NCBI GenBank assembly: GCA_030616085.1
Contig: JAUWYA010000001.1
Coordinates: 74,692-134,377, forward strand
Source: Candidatus Nealsonbacteria bacterium
GTDB lineage: Bacteria; Patescibacteriota; Minisyncoccia; Minisyncoccales; GWA2-38-27
Length of the DNA: 59,686 nucleotides
Direction of reading: 5' to 3'
Positions within the stretch are counted from its first letter, which is position 1. Each line of letters begins with the position of its first letter. Both the position numbers and the translations under genes were made by a program. Positions 47,205-56,592 of the stretch are shown here, piece after piece. The notes beneath the pieces were generated by a model. The model did no database searches. It saw only the letters and a program-made list of their open reading frames with translations, and had not been told where the DNA came from.

Positions 47205-48326
47205 ATGAAAACTCCTAATAAGGTAAAAAAACTTAAAGTTGGCGTTGTTGGGGCTGGTAGAGCAACCAGAGAGCTGACCATACCAGCATTTAATTGTCTG
47301 TCAGATGCAGAGCTTATTGCTATTTGTGATGTAGATTTAGAAACAGCCAAGGGGCTTGTCAAACCTCTTAAAATTTCAGCTTATTCTGGTCTATCAGAAA
47401 TGTTGGATAAAGAAGATCTTCAAGTAGTAATTATTAATACTCCCGTCCAGACTCATACCGATTTAGCAATTGAAGCTATGCGGAAAGGATGCAGTGTGAT
47501 TATTGAGAAACCGGTTGTTGCTCGTCTAGAGGAATTAGAAAAACTTCGGCAGGCGAGGGATGAAACCGGCATGAAGCTGACTGCTGTTCACAATTATAAA
47601 TTTTATCAAGGTCCTCAAAAAGCTTTCCAAATGTATCAGAATGGTCTATTAGGGGAAATTATCCATATAGACAGAATATGGATGACTCCTCCTCAAGAAG
47701 ATAGAATGGAACGTAATTCTAAAGGATGGTGGCATCGCAGTGTTGGAGGTAGATTAGCTGACGCTTTGCCCCACATGCTTTATCTTCCTTATATGTTTGT
47801 AGGACCTATGGAGCTTGTAGCTGTTACTGTCAGAAAGTTAGCCAAAGACCGGCCCTGGTCCTTTTGCGATGAGTCAAATATTGTTCTTCGCACCCCTAAA
47901 GCTTATGTCAATATTCGTCAATCAACCAATCAAGAATCCTGGCCCTATAAAGGCTACATCTACCATACCTTTATTTATGGGACAAAGCTTAGTGCAGCTA
48001 CCAATCATCACGATGCCGAGATTATTTGGAAACATTCTAATCTCAGAGATTTTTTAAGAGGGACGAAGTCAGGAATGAGTCTTTTTAAAAGTCAATTAGT
48101 CAAGATTATTCCTGGATTAGTCAAGATTATTCCTGAAAAAAAGCGAAAAGTAGTTTCTCGGGGAGCCCATAATGTTTTATATGAAAAATTTATTGATTAT
48201 ATTTTAGAAAAAGGTCCAAATCCTGTTCCTTGGGAAGAGATAGTAAATGTGGCCACTCTTACTGAGCAAATTTCAGCTAAAATGCAGGAATGTATAGATA
48301 AAAATAAGAAGGTAATATGTGAATAA
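47205..48326 (+). CDS. Gfo/Idh/MocA oxidoreductase
   Basis: VGVVGAG, TP...H, IEKP and GGRLADALPH motifs. Confidence 0.88.
   Translation: MKTPNKVKKLKVGVVGAGRATRELTIPAFNCLSDAELIAICDVDLETAKGLVKPLKISAYSGLSEMLDKEDLQVVIINTPVQTHTDLAIEAMRKGCSVIIEKPVVARLEELEKLRQARDETGMKLTAVHNYKFYQGPQKAFQMYQNGLLGEIIHIDRIWMTPPQEDRMERNSKGWWHRSVGGRLADALPHMLYLPYMFVGPMELVAVTVRKLAKDRPWSFCDESNIVLRTPKAYVNIRQSTNQESWPYKGYIYHTFIYGTKLSAATNHHDAEIIWKHSNLRDFLRGTKSGMSLFKSQLVKIIPGLVKIIPEKKRKVVSRGAHNVLYEKFIDYILEKGPNPVPWEEIVNVATLTEQISAKMQECIDKNKKVICE
48095..48136 (+). repeat. 21-bp in-frame tandem duplication
   Basis: ATTAGTCAAGATTATTCCTG(G/A) x2 encoding LVKIIPG-LVKIIPE. Confidence 0.88.
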
Positions 48327-48329
48327 AAA

Positions 48330-49214
48330 ATGAAACCAGTAATCTTTTTTAAAAAAATAATTAGAAAATTTTTTCTAAAAAAAGAGAAAAATTTATTATT
48401 GAATTTAAGCAATAATCGTCGGGGACTTACTAGGAATCAATTTCTTTTAAGTCGTCCTTCAACCAGTGAAAATATTTGGAGGAAATTATCAGGATTTTAC
48501 TTGTCACTTTCAAAACCACCGAGGATTCTTGAATATGGTTCTGGAATTTCCACTTTCTATCATTTCGAAAGTCTTAGAAAAAAAAATGGGGGAGAGTTAG
48601 TAAGCGTGGAACACAGCTTGGACTGGTACTATAAGTTGAAAAATTCTTTTCAAGCAATTTATTCTTCAGAAATTCCTGATTTTCAAGAAACTACAAAGAC
48701 AGATATAAATCAAAAAAAGATTAATTGGTCATTTTCTATACCTTTTTCCTTTTCTGAAAATAAAAATAATTTAATATTTCAATATTTATATCGTCCGGCC
48801 CAAGGAAGAACAGGCTGTGGCACTTTTAAAGAGTTTAAAGAATACGTTACTGCTCCTTCAGGAAAATTTGATGTGATTATAATTGACGGAAGAGCCAGAA
48901 AAGCTTGTATTCAATATGTTCTAAAAAACCAATTATTATCTGAAAACGGATTGTTGGTGTTATTTGAGGCTGGGCGTGGTAGCTCATTGTGGCCGAAAAA
49001 AGATCAATTAACTAGTATCTATAATTATCAACCAGAAGTTGACATTTTACTTAAGATGGGGGCAGAATTAGTAGATGGAAATGGATTCGAAAGGTGGGAA
49101 AATTGGATCCCTAATCGACCAAAACATAAATATTTTTCTGATCATTGTCCTGGGGAAGCTTGTTTTTGGTATAAAGAAACTATTAAAAATAATGGGCTAG
49201 AAAAACCAATATGA
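48330..49214 (+). CDS. Putative class I methyltransferase
   Basis: ILEYGSGIST, SVEH and FDVIIIDGRAR motifs. Confidence 0.75.
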   Translation: MKPVIFFKKIIRKFFLKKEKNLLLNLSNNRRGLTRNQFLLSRPSTSENIWRKLSGFYLSLSKPPRILEYGSGISTFYHFESLRKKNGGELVSVEHSLDWYYKLKNSFQAIYSSEIPDFQETTKTDINQKKINWSFSIPFSFSENKNNLIFQYLYRPAQGRTGCGTFKEFKEYVTAPSGKFDVIIIDGRARKACIQYVLKNQLLSENGLLVLFEAGRGSSLWPKKDQLTSIYNYQPEVDILLKMGAELVDGNGFERWENWIPNRPKHKYFSDHCPGEACFWYKETIKNNGLEKPI

Positions 49215-50134
49215 ATGGGAAAAATAAAATATTAATTACTCCTTCGTCTTTTGGGGAATTAGATTTAGAACCAATAGATGAATTAGTTAAAAATGGTTTT
49301 GAGGTAGTTAAAAATCCTTTTGGAAGAAAAATCACTACCCAGGAATTAAAAGAGCTTTTATTGGGAACTGTTGGTTTAATTGCCGGTTTGGAAACAATAG
49401 ATAGAGAGACCTTAAGAAATTCTACACTCAAAGTTATTTCCCGCTGCGGGGTAGGGATGAGCAATATTGATTTGAAAGCAGCTAAAGAATTGGGAATTAT
49501 TGTTAAAAATACGCCCGATGCTCCGACCATTGCTGTAGCTGAGTTAACTCTTGGAGCTTTACTTGGGTTGTTAAGGATGATACCCCAAATGAGCCAAGAT
49601 TTACATCAAGAAGGGTGGAATAAAAAAATTGGGACTCAACTTTCAGGAAAGAATGTTTTAATAATTGGTTTTGGTAGGATCGGTCGTTATCTAGTCAAAT
49701 TATTAAGACCATTTAATGTAAAATTATTAGCAGTAGACCCTGCCTTATCGGGGATAGTTGATGGTGTTCCAATAGTTTCAATTAAGAGAGCTCTTCCCCA
49801 AGCAGATATAATCTGCCTCCATCTTAGTGGTGCTACTCAAGTTTTAGGGAAAGAGGAATTCTCAAAGGTAAAAAAAGGGGTTTTAATTCTAAATGCAGCG
49901 AGGGGTGGGGTTATTGATGAAGAAGGTTTAGAGGAAGCAATAAAAGAAGAAAAAGTGGCCGGAGTATGGTTAGATGTTTTTGCTGAAGAACCTTATGCTG
50001 GTCCCTTGGTTGATTATCCTCAAGTTTTACTTACCCCTCATGTTGGTTCTTATACCAGAGAGTGCCGGAAGAGAATGGAGATGGAAGCAGTCAGTAATCT
50101 ACTCTCTGCTCTCAGGCAAAATGCAAATGAATAA
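49211..50134 (+). CDS. D-2-hydroxyacid dehydrogenase (phosphoglycerate dehydrogenase-like)
   Basis: SRCGVG, IGFGRIG, NAARG, LDVF.EEP and TPHVG motifs. Confidence 0.9.
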   Translation: MNGKNKILITPSSFGELDLEPIDELVKNGFEVVKNPFGRKITTQELKELLLGTVGLIAGLETIDRETLRNSTLKVISRCGVGMSNIDLKAAKELGIIVKNTPDAPTIAVAELTLGALLGLLRMIPQMSQDLHQEGWNKKIGTQLSGKNVLIIGFGRIGRYLVKLLRPFNVKLLAVDPALSGIVDGVPIVSIKRALPQADIICLHLSGATQVLGKEEFSKVKKGVLILNAARGGVIDEEGLEEAIKEEKVAGVWLDVFAEEPYAGPLVDYPQVLLTPHVGSYTRECRKRMEMEAVSNLLSALRQNANE

Positions 50135-50164
50135 GAAAAATTTAAATCAATATCTTTCATTTTG

Positions 50165-51574
50165 ATGAACATTCTATTTTTAAATTCAAGTGTTAATATT
50201 GCTAAAAATACATGGTGGCATCACGGTTTGGGTTGTCTTGTTGCTATTCTCAAAGATAATGGATTCAAGGTAGAAGTAACAACCTTATTTTCTGAAAAAG
50301 AACATCTCAAGGTTTTTTCAAAAATAGAATCTTTCCAGCCAAAAATTATTGGCTTTAGCTCTGTTGCTTCTCAATTCAAGTTTATTAAAAGTTTATCGTT
50401 GGAGATTAAAAAAAAATTCCCTCATCTAATTGTTGTTTGTGGCGGCGTTCATCCAACTATCTTTCCTGATTGTTTAAAAGAAGCACCAGGATTAGATGGT
50501 ATTTTCCGCGGAGAATCAGAGTTTGCTTTTTTAGAGCTTGCCATCAGAGTTAAAGAAGGAAAACCCTTTCATGATATTTCTAATTTCGCCTATTTAAACG
50601 ATGCCGAAGAATTGGTTTTAAACCCTCTTCGTCCTCTTATTGAGAATCTTGATATGCTACCTTTTTCCGACAGGGAAGCATTTAATTATGAGGAAATTTT
50701 AAAATCAACTAAAGGTAGAACTCGATTTATCTTCAACCGTGGCTGTCCTTATTCCTGTACCTATTGCTGTAATCATGCTTTGGCTAAAGTTTACGGGTTA
50801 AAGATTATGAAGCCCCGCTTCAGAAGTCCCGAATTGTCGGTTAAAGAAATAATGCGTGTTTTAAAAAAATATAAAGTTAAAAACATTTTTATCATTGATG
50901 AAATATTTGGATTAAATAGAGAATGGTTATTAGAATTTTGTGCTTTGTATAAAAAATATATTAAGTTACCTTTTGAGTGTTTCCAGCGGGCTAATTTTGT
51001 TGATGAGGAGAAATTAATAAGATTGAAAGACGCTGGTTGTTTCTCGGTTGCTTTTGGAGTTGAATCTGGTAGTGATTTTATTCGCAATAAAATTATGAAT
51101 CGACAAATGACAAGAGAGCAGATAATTTCTGCTTTTAGACTTTGTCATAGATTAGGATTAAAAACAGTAGCCTCCAATATTATCGGCTTGCCTTTTGAAA
51201 CAAAAGAGATGATTTTTGAAACAATTAAACTGAATCGAGAGATATTGCCTCATAGTAGCATCGTTGGAATTTTCTATCCTTATCCTGGAACAGAGTTGGA
51301 AAAATTATGCCGAGAGAAAAACTTAATAAATGAGGAAAAACTTAATGACCCTAATTTTGTAGAAAGGAAAAGAGGGTCGGTATTGAATTTAGAAATTCCT
51401 GACGGGGAGCTAGATTGGTTTAGAAAAAATTGGTATAGATTAATTTATCGAAACCCAAATACTATGTTCCTACATCCCAAAAGATTGATTCTTGGAGAAG
51501 GATATAAGGGGCTAAGAAGAGCGGCCAGAAAGGTCCCTTTTATATATAATATATACCAAAATATAAAATATTAG
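50165..51574 (+). CDS. B12-binding domain radical SAM protein
   Basis: GGVHPT, RGESE, RGCPYSCTYC, GVESG and PYPGT motifs. Confidence 0.9.
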   Translation: MNILFLNSSVNIAKNTWWHHGLGCLVAILKDNGFKVEVTTLFSEKEHLKVFSKIESFQPKIIGFSSVASQFKFIKSLSLEIKKKFPHLIVVCGGVHPTIFPDCLKEAPGLDGIFRGESEFAFLELAIRVKEGKPFHDISNFAYLNDAEELVLNPLRPLIENLDMLPFSDREAFNYEEILKSTKGRTRFIFNRGCPYSCTYCCNHALAKVYGLKIMKPRFRSPELSVKEIMRVLKKYKVKNIFIIDEIFGLNREWLLEFCALYKKYIKLPFECFQRANFVDEEKLIRLKDAGCFSVAFGVESGSDFIRNKIMNRQMTREQIISAFRLCHRLGLKTVASNIIGLPFETKEMIFETIKLNREILPHSSIVGIFYPYPGTELEKLCREKNLINEEKLNDPNFVERKRGSVLNLEIPDGELDWFRKNWYRLIYRNPNTMFLHPKRLILGEGYKGLRRAARKVPFIYNIYQNIKY

Positions 51575-51592
51575 ACTGAAGAATTAAAAAAA

Positions 51593-52363
51593 ATGCAAAA
51601 CCCAATAAAAAAGAAATTAAAAGAAGGAAAAGCTTCAATTGGCAGCTGGCTTCAATTACCTTCTCCAACTATTGCTGAAATTATGGCAAAAAGCGGTTTT
51701 GAATGGCTGGTTATAGATATGGAACACTCAACTATTGGTATTCAGGATATTGAGAATTTGGTTCGGGCTATTGAAGGAGCGGGCTCCGTTCCTTTAGTTC
51801 GGCTTTGGAGTAATGACCCGGTTTTAGCAAAAAAAGTAATGGATGCTGGAGCTTACGGAGTAATTGTACCGATGATAAATACAGCTCAGGAGGCAGAAAG
51901 AGCAGTAAAGTCAGTGAAATATCCACCTGAGGGTAAAAGGGGAGTGGGTCTTTATCGAGCCCAGGGTTTCGGGACTGATTTTGAAGAATATAAAAAAACT
52001 GTAAATAGAGAAAGTTTAGTGATTGTTATGATTGAGCACAAAAAGGCAGTGGAAAATATTCGGGATATCCTTTCAGTAGAAGGTGTTGATGGGTTGCTAA
52101 TTGGCCCCTATGATATGTCGGGCTCTTTTGGAGTGCCCGGTCAATTAGACCATCCCTTAGTAAAAGAGGCTCAAAAAAAAGTATTAGTGGTAGCTAAAAA
52201 TTTAGGGGTAGCTGCTGGAATACATGTGGTTCATCCTTCTTTAGAAGAAGTTAAAGCAAGAATTGAAGAGGGTTTTAGATTTATTGCTTTTAGCACCGAC
52301 GCTATATTACTTAATACCAGCTGTCGAGAAATAATCTCGAAATTGAATGGATTAAGCAAATAA
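51593..52363 (+). CDS. HpcH/HpaI class II pyruvate aldolase (GarL/RhmA-like)
   Basis: IDMEH, PLVR, YPPEGKRG, MIE and IGPYDMS motifs. Confidence 0.92.
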   Translation: MQNPIKKKLKEGKASIGSWLQLPSPTIAEIMAKSGFEWLVIDMEHSTIGIQDIENLVRAIEGAGSVPLVRLWSNDPVLAKKVMDAGAYGVIVPMINTAQEAERAVKSVKYPPEGKRGVGLYRAQGFGTDFEEYKKTVNRESLVIVMIEHKKAVENIRDILSVEGVDGLLIGPYDMSGSFGVPGQLDHPLVKEAQKKVLVVAKNLGVAAGIHVVHPSLEEVKARIEEGFRFIAFSTDAILLNTSCREIISKLNGLSK

Positions 52364-52367
52364 TTTT

Positions 52368-53387
52368 ATGAAAGAAGAAGAAATTCGGCCTAAAAATCTT
52401 CACGATACTATTATTGAGCTTTCTCGTCAAGATGTAGAAAGACTTATTTTGCCTGAGAAGAACAAGTTAGAAGAGATAGCTTGTCCGGGATGTGGTAGCA
52501 AAAATTCAACTTTTCAGTTCAAAAAATTTGGCCTGGATTATGTTTTATGCCAGGATTGTTATTCTCTATATTTGTCTCCCAGACCAAAAGAATCTTTTTT
52601 AAATCAAATTTACCCGAAAATGAAATCTGTTCAATATTGGGAGGCCCACTTTTATAAAGAAACTGCTGAACCAAGAAGAGAAAAAATATATGTTCCCAGA
52701 GCCAAAAAGGTTGTTGATCTAATTAACCAATATAAGGTTCCGGATAAAGAGGTATTAATAGATATTGGTTCCGGTTTTGGTATTTTTCTTGAGGAATTAA
52801 GAAAAGTATCTGATTTCAAGAAACTAATCGCTACTGAACCAACTTTATCTTTGGCTAAAGTTTGTGAAAGTAAGGGATTAGACGTTATTAAAAAACTAGG
52901 CCGAGACCTGTCTCTTTCTGATATTTCAAAAAAAGCTTCGGTGATCACTTGTTTTGAGGTATTAGAACATATAGTTGACCCTTTAAAATTTTTAACTGTT
53001 TTAAGCAAGATTTTAAAACCAGGGGGATTATTAATTTTAACTGCCCCTAGTGTTAGCGGAATAGATGTCCAGCTGCTTTGGGAAAAATCAAAAACAGTTT
53101 ATCCGCCTCATCACATTAATTTACTATCGGTTGAGGGAGTGAAAGAGCTTATAGGGAGAGTAAATGGTTTAGAACTTTTGGATATCTCTACCCCTGGAGC
53201 GCTGGATGTAGATATTATCCGAAATGCCAAAAGAGAAGGAGTCATTGAAAATTTGGGCAAGTTCTTTGATTACCTTTTTTCACGAGAGGACGAGAATCTT
53301 TTTGAAAATTTACAACAGTTTTGTCAAAAACATGACTTAAGCTCTCATTTAATGGTCGTAATTAAAAAAATAATAATTAATAATTAA
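52368..53387 (+). CDS. Zn-ribbon class I SAM methyltransferase
   Basis: CPGC...CQDC, IDIGSGFG, FEVLEH, LKPGG and PPHHIN motifs. Confidence 0.85.
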   Translation: MKEEEIRPKNLHDTIIELSRQDVERLILPEKNKLEEIACPGCGSKNSTFQFKKFGLDYVLCQDCYSLYLSPRPKESFLNQIYPKMKSVQYWEAHFYKETAEPRREKIYVPRAKKVVDLINQYKVPDKEVLIDIGSGFGIFLEELRKVSDFKKLIATEPTLSLAKVCESKGLDVIKKLGRDLSLSDISKKASVITCFEVLEHIVDPLKFLTVLSKILKPGGLLILTAPSVSGIDVQLLWEKSKTVYPPHHINLLSVEGVKELIGRVNGLELLDISTPGALDVDIIRNAKREGVIENLGKFFDYLFSREDENLFENLQQFCQKHDLSSHLMVVIKKIIINN

Positions 53388-53394
53388 CCAGTTT

Positions 53395-54162
53395 ATGAAT
53401 ATTATTAGTATTATTCCAGCTCGAATGGCTTCTACTCGCTTCCCTGGAAAATCGTTAGCAAAAATTCAGGGTCTCTCCATGGTTGGCCATGTTTATTTTA
53501 GGAGCAAGATGGCTGAGTTGTTAAACGGGGTTTATGTGGCCACGCCTGATAAAGAAATTTCAGATTATATTAAATCAATTGGGGGAAATTCAATTATGAC
53601 CAAATTTACCCATCGGTCTGCCCCTGACCGAACAGCAGAAGCAATGGCAAAAATAGAAAAAAGATTCAAGAAAAAAATAGATATTGTAGTAATGGTTCAG
53701 GGAGATGAGCCAATGGTCAGGCCCGAGATGATTGATGAGACAGTAAAACCGATGATAGAGGATAAATCCATTCAGATTTCTAACCTCGGGGCCCCAATTA
53801 CTAACCGCCAAGAACACAACGACTCAAATGTAGTAAAAGTGGTGGTGGACAAAAATAACTTCGCTCTCTATTTTTCCAGAGAGCCCATTCCTTCTTTTAA
53901 AAAGGGGGCAAGAGAAGTGCCGATGCTAAAACAGACCGGTATTATCGCCTTTAGGAGAGATTTCTTGATTAAGTTCAATAATATGCCACCAACTCCCTTG
54001 GAACTCATTGAATCGGTAGATATGTTGAGGTTGCTTGAGAATGGCTTCAAAGTAAAAATGATCTTTTCAGATTATCCTCTCTTCAGCGTTGATACTAAAG
54101 AAGATTTAGGATTTGTTGAAAAAAAGATGGCAAAGGATGATTTAATAAAATCTTATTTATGA
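53395..54162 (+). CDS. kdsB: 3-deoxy-manno-octulosonate cytidylyltransferase-like
   Basis: IIPARMASTRFPGK, VQGDEP, VKVV, ALYFSR, LELIESVDMLRLLE and SVDT motifs. Confidence 0.85.
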   Translation: MNIISIIPARMASTRFPGKSLAKIQGLSMVGHVYFRSKMAELLNGVYVATPDKEISDYIKSIGGNSIMTKFTHRSAPDRTAEAMAKIEKRFKKKIDIVVMVQGDEPMVRPEMIDETVKPMIEDKSIQISNLGAPITNRQEHNDSNVVKVVVDKNNFALYFSREPIPSFKKGAREVPMLKQTGIIAFRRDFLIKFNNMPPTPLELIESVDMLRLLENGFKVKMIFSDYPLFSVDTKEDLGFVEKKMAKDDLIKSYL

Positions 54163-55760
54163 TAGTTAAAATAAGTCAAAAAAGAGAAAACCAGATATTT
54201 ATATATGACGAAGAAGATAATTTGTTGAAAAGTTTTGAAATAAAAGAAAATCTTCAGAGGGCTCTCGAATTTTTAAAACAACTCAACTCTGTTAAAACCA
54301 CTGACGGCGTTCCTATCTACAAGACAAAAATGTTTAAGGGGATATCGGTTTGGTCATTTCATCAGCACGTCTTATTTTTGAATTTCTTGCGAGGTTATGT
54401 CAAATACGAAGAAATTATAAAATTTTTGATTGAAAATAAAGTTGAAAAGGTAATTGTTGATGGTAACAACGAAAATCTCAAAGAATATTTAAAGATAAAT
54501 AAGATTGAAGTGAATAACGATTCTGGTAGAGCTCGGAAAGTGCGCTTTTTTTTAATTTCTTCTTTTATGAAAATGACTGCCTTGATAATTACTTTTTTGG
54601 CATTTTTAAAAATTTTGCTTCATAAAACCCCCCTCTTAATTTATACCCCGGATAAATTTTCAAAAAAGCACAACTGTGATTTCAGATTTTACCCTGTTTA
54701 TCAATATCTGAAAGAAAGAAAAATTCCTTACATTGAAATATTTCACACTCTCTTAAATCGTGAATTTTTTAAAAACATTATAAGCCGAAAACGTTTAGCT
54801 ATCTATTTAGAAGTTTTCCCTGTTTTTTCGAGTAAAAAGTGGAAGAGCAGGGAATATAATTTATCTCTTTTTGAACCACATAATCAAAGATATTTTCAGT
54901 ATCTTCTGAGAATAATAGACCTAAAGTCTCAAAAGAGCATTAGACAGATAGATGCGATATCCTGGCTTCTAAAATTTACTAAAATAAAAAAACTCCTAGC
55001 TATAGATGATGTTAGATATACCAACGAGCTTATTGTTGCCTGTAAGTTAAATAAGATAAAAACTTATGGATTTCAGCACGGCCAGTTTACTAAATATCAT
55101 GTAGGTTGGATGAATTATAATATTCCAAAAGAGGTGTCAATTACTTTTGATAAATTATTTGTTTGGAATAAATATTGGAAAAAAGTATTGTTTTCTTATA
55201 GTACTCAGTATAATGAAGAAAATATAGAAATTAGCGGATTATTACGAGAGCTAAAACCGATAGAATATAAAAAAAAGGAATTTAAAATTGGAAGAATGTC
55301 TGAGTTAAAGATCTTAGTGCCCTATGAAACCTTCGCCCCAAAAGCAGAAGTTAAAGATTATTTAAATAGGCTTTCGAGCTTAGGTGTTAAAATCTTTTTC
55401 AAGCCCAGGCCTGATATTCCATATAATCAACAGCTCGCGGAATATGATTTTCAAGAAGGAAAAGGCATTGAATTTGCTGAAAAAATTAACGCAGATATTT
55501 TATTAGAAATAGACGTCGTTGGAGGCACTTACAGCACTTTTTTAAACGAAATGATTTTTTATGAAAAACCATTATTTATTTTTGAAACATCGTTTGACCA
55601 GGGACACCGGTTGATAGAAGACAACTTAGGATTTTTAATAAAAAAAGATTTTAACCCTTCGATTTTACTGGATTACATAAATAATTATCAAAGTAAAAAA
55701 AATCAGGCCTGGCCGTCTGTTCAAACAAGCATAGAAGAAACCCTGGACAGTCTTAACTAA
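54159..55760 (+). CDS. Putative GT-B ulosonic-acid transferase
   Basis: FQHG, FVWN, KPRP and STFLNE motifs parallel the 26831 ORF; coupled to the kdsB-like gene. Confidence 0.5.
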   Translation: MIVKISQKRENQIFIYDEEDNLLKSFEIKENLQRALEFLKQLNSVKTTDGVPIYKTKMFKGISVWSFHQHVLFLNFLRGYVKYEEIIKFLIENKVEKVIVDGNNENLKEYLKINKIEVNNDSGRARKVRFFLISSFMKMTALIITFLAFLKILLHKTPLLIYTPDKFSKKHNCDFRFYPVYQYLKERKIPYIEIFHTLLNREFFKNIISRKRLAIYLEVFPVFSSKKWKSREYNLSLFEPHNQRYFQYLLRIIDLKSQKSIRQIDAISWLLKFTKIKKLLAIDDVRYTNELIVACKLNKIKTYGFQHGQFTKYHVGWMNYNIPKEVSITFDKLFVWNKYWKKVLFSYSTQYNEENIEISGLLRELKPIEYKKKEFKIGRMSELKILVPYETFAPKAEVKDYLNRLSSLGVKIFFKPRPDIPYNQQLAEYDFQEGKGIEFAEKINADILLEIDVVGGTYSTFLNEMIFYEKPLFIFETSFDQGHRLIEDNLGFLIKKDFNPSILLDYINNYQSKKNQAWPSVQTSIEETLDSLN

Positions 55761-55803
55761 GGATTTTAGAAAATGAAGATTATCTATAATTAGCAATATT
55801 AGA

Positions 55804-56592
55804 ATGCCAAAAATATCAGTAATAATGTCGGTTTATAATGGAGAGAAATATTTAGAAGAATCAATTCAAAGTATTTTGAATCAAAGCTTTAGGGACTTTG
55901 AATTTATTATTGTTGATGATGGTTCTAGTGACAGAACTCTGGAGATTTTAAAAGATTATACAGAGAAAGACTCTCGAGTTAAGATAATCACTAATGAAAA
56001 AAATATTGGTTTGACCAAATCTCTTAATAAAGCTATAAAAATAGCGCAAGGTAAATATATTGCTCGTCAGGATGCCGATGATATCTCTTTGCCTCAAAGA
56101 TTAGAAAAACAGATTGAATTTTTAGAAAAGAACCCTGAAATTAAAATTTTAGGCACTTTTGGTTATAGAATAGACAAACATGGAAAGATTTTGAAAAGAG
56201 AGATTGTGCCGGTTTCTTTTTCAGAAGTTAAAAAAACCCTTATCAAGAGAAACCCTTTTATTCATACTTCAGTAATTATGACCAGGGAATTAAGCTCCTA
56301 TAACGAAAATTTTAAAGTTTCTCAAGATTATGAATTATGGTTTAGAATTCTAAGAATTGCCAAGGGAGAGAACTTACCTTTATTTTTAGTAAAAAAAAGA
56401 TATCGAACAGAGATGATTTCTTTTAATAGAGGCAGGGAGCAAATAAAATATATGCTTTTTCTTCAAAAAGAAGCTATAAAAAGAGGAGATTATTCAAAGT
56501 TTTCATATGTTTATCTTTTGAGAACTTATCTTTCTTTAATATGTCCTTTGTTTTTAAAAAGATATATTAAAATAAAATTATGTGCGGTATAG
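55804..56592 (+). CDS. GT2 glycosyltransferase
   Basis: ISVIMSVYN, VDDGSSD, RQDADD and QDYELW motifs. Confidence 0.92.
   Translation: MPKISVIMSVYNGEKYLEESIQSILNQSFRDFEFIIVDDGSSDRTLEILKDYTEKDSRVKIITNEKNIGLTKSLNKAIKIAQGKYIARQDADDISLPQRLEKQIEFLEKNPEIKILGTFGYRIDKHGKILKREIVPVSFSEVKKTLIKRNPFIHTSVIMTRELSSYNENFKVSQDYELWFRILRIAKGENLPLFLVKKRYRTEMISFNRGREQIKYMLFLQKEAIKRGDYSKFSYVYLLRTYLSLICPLFLKRYIKIKLCAV

Noticed and set aside
53521..53531. TTAAACGGGGT resembling the element right arm
   Set aside because: Mismatched core, no left arm; encodes ordinary KdsB-like sequence
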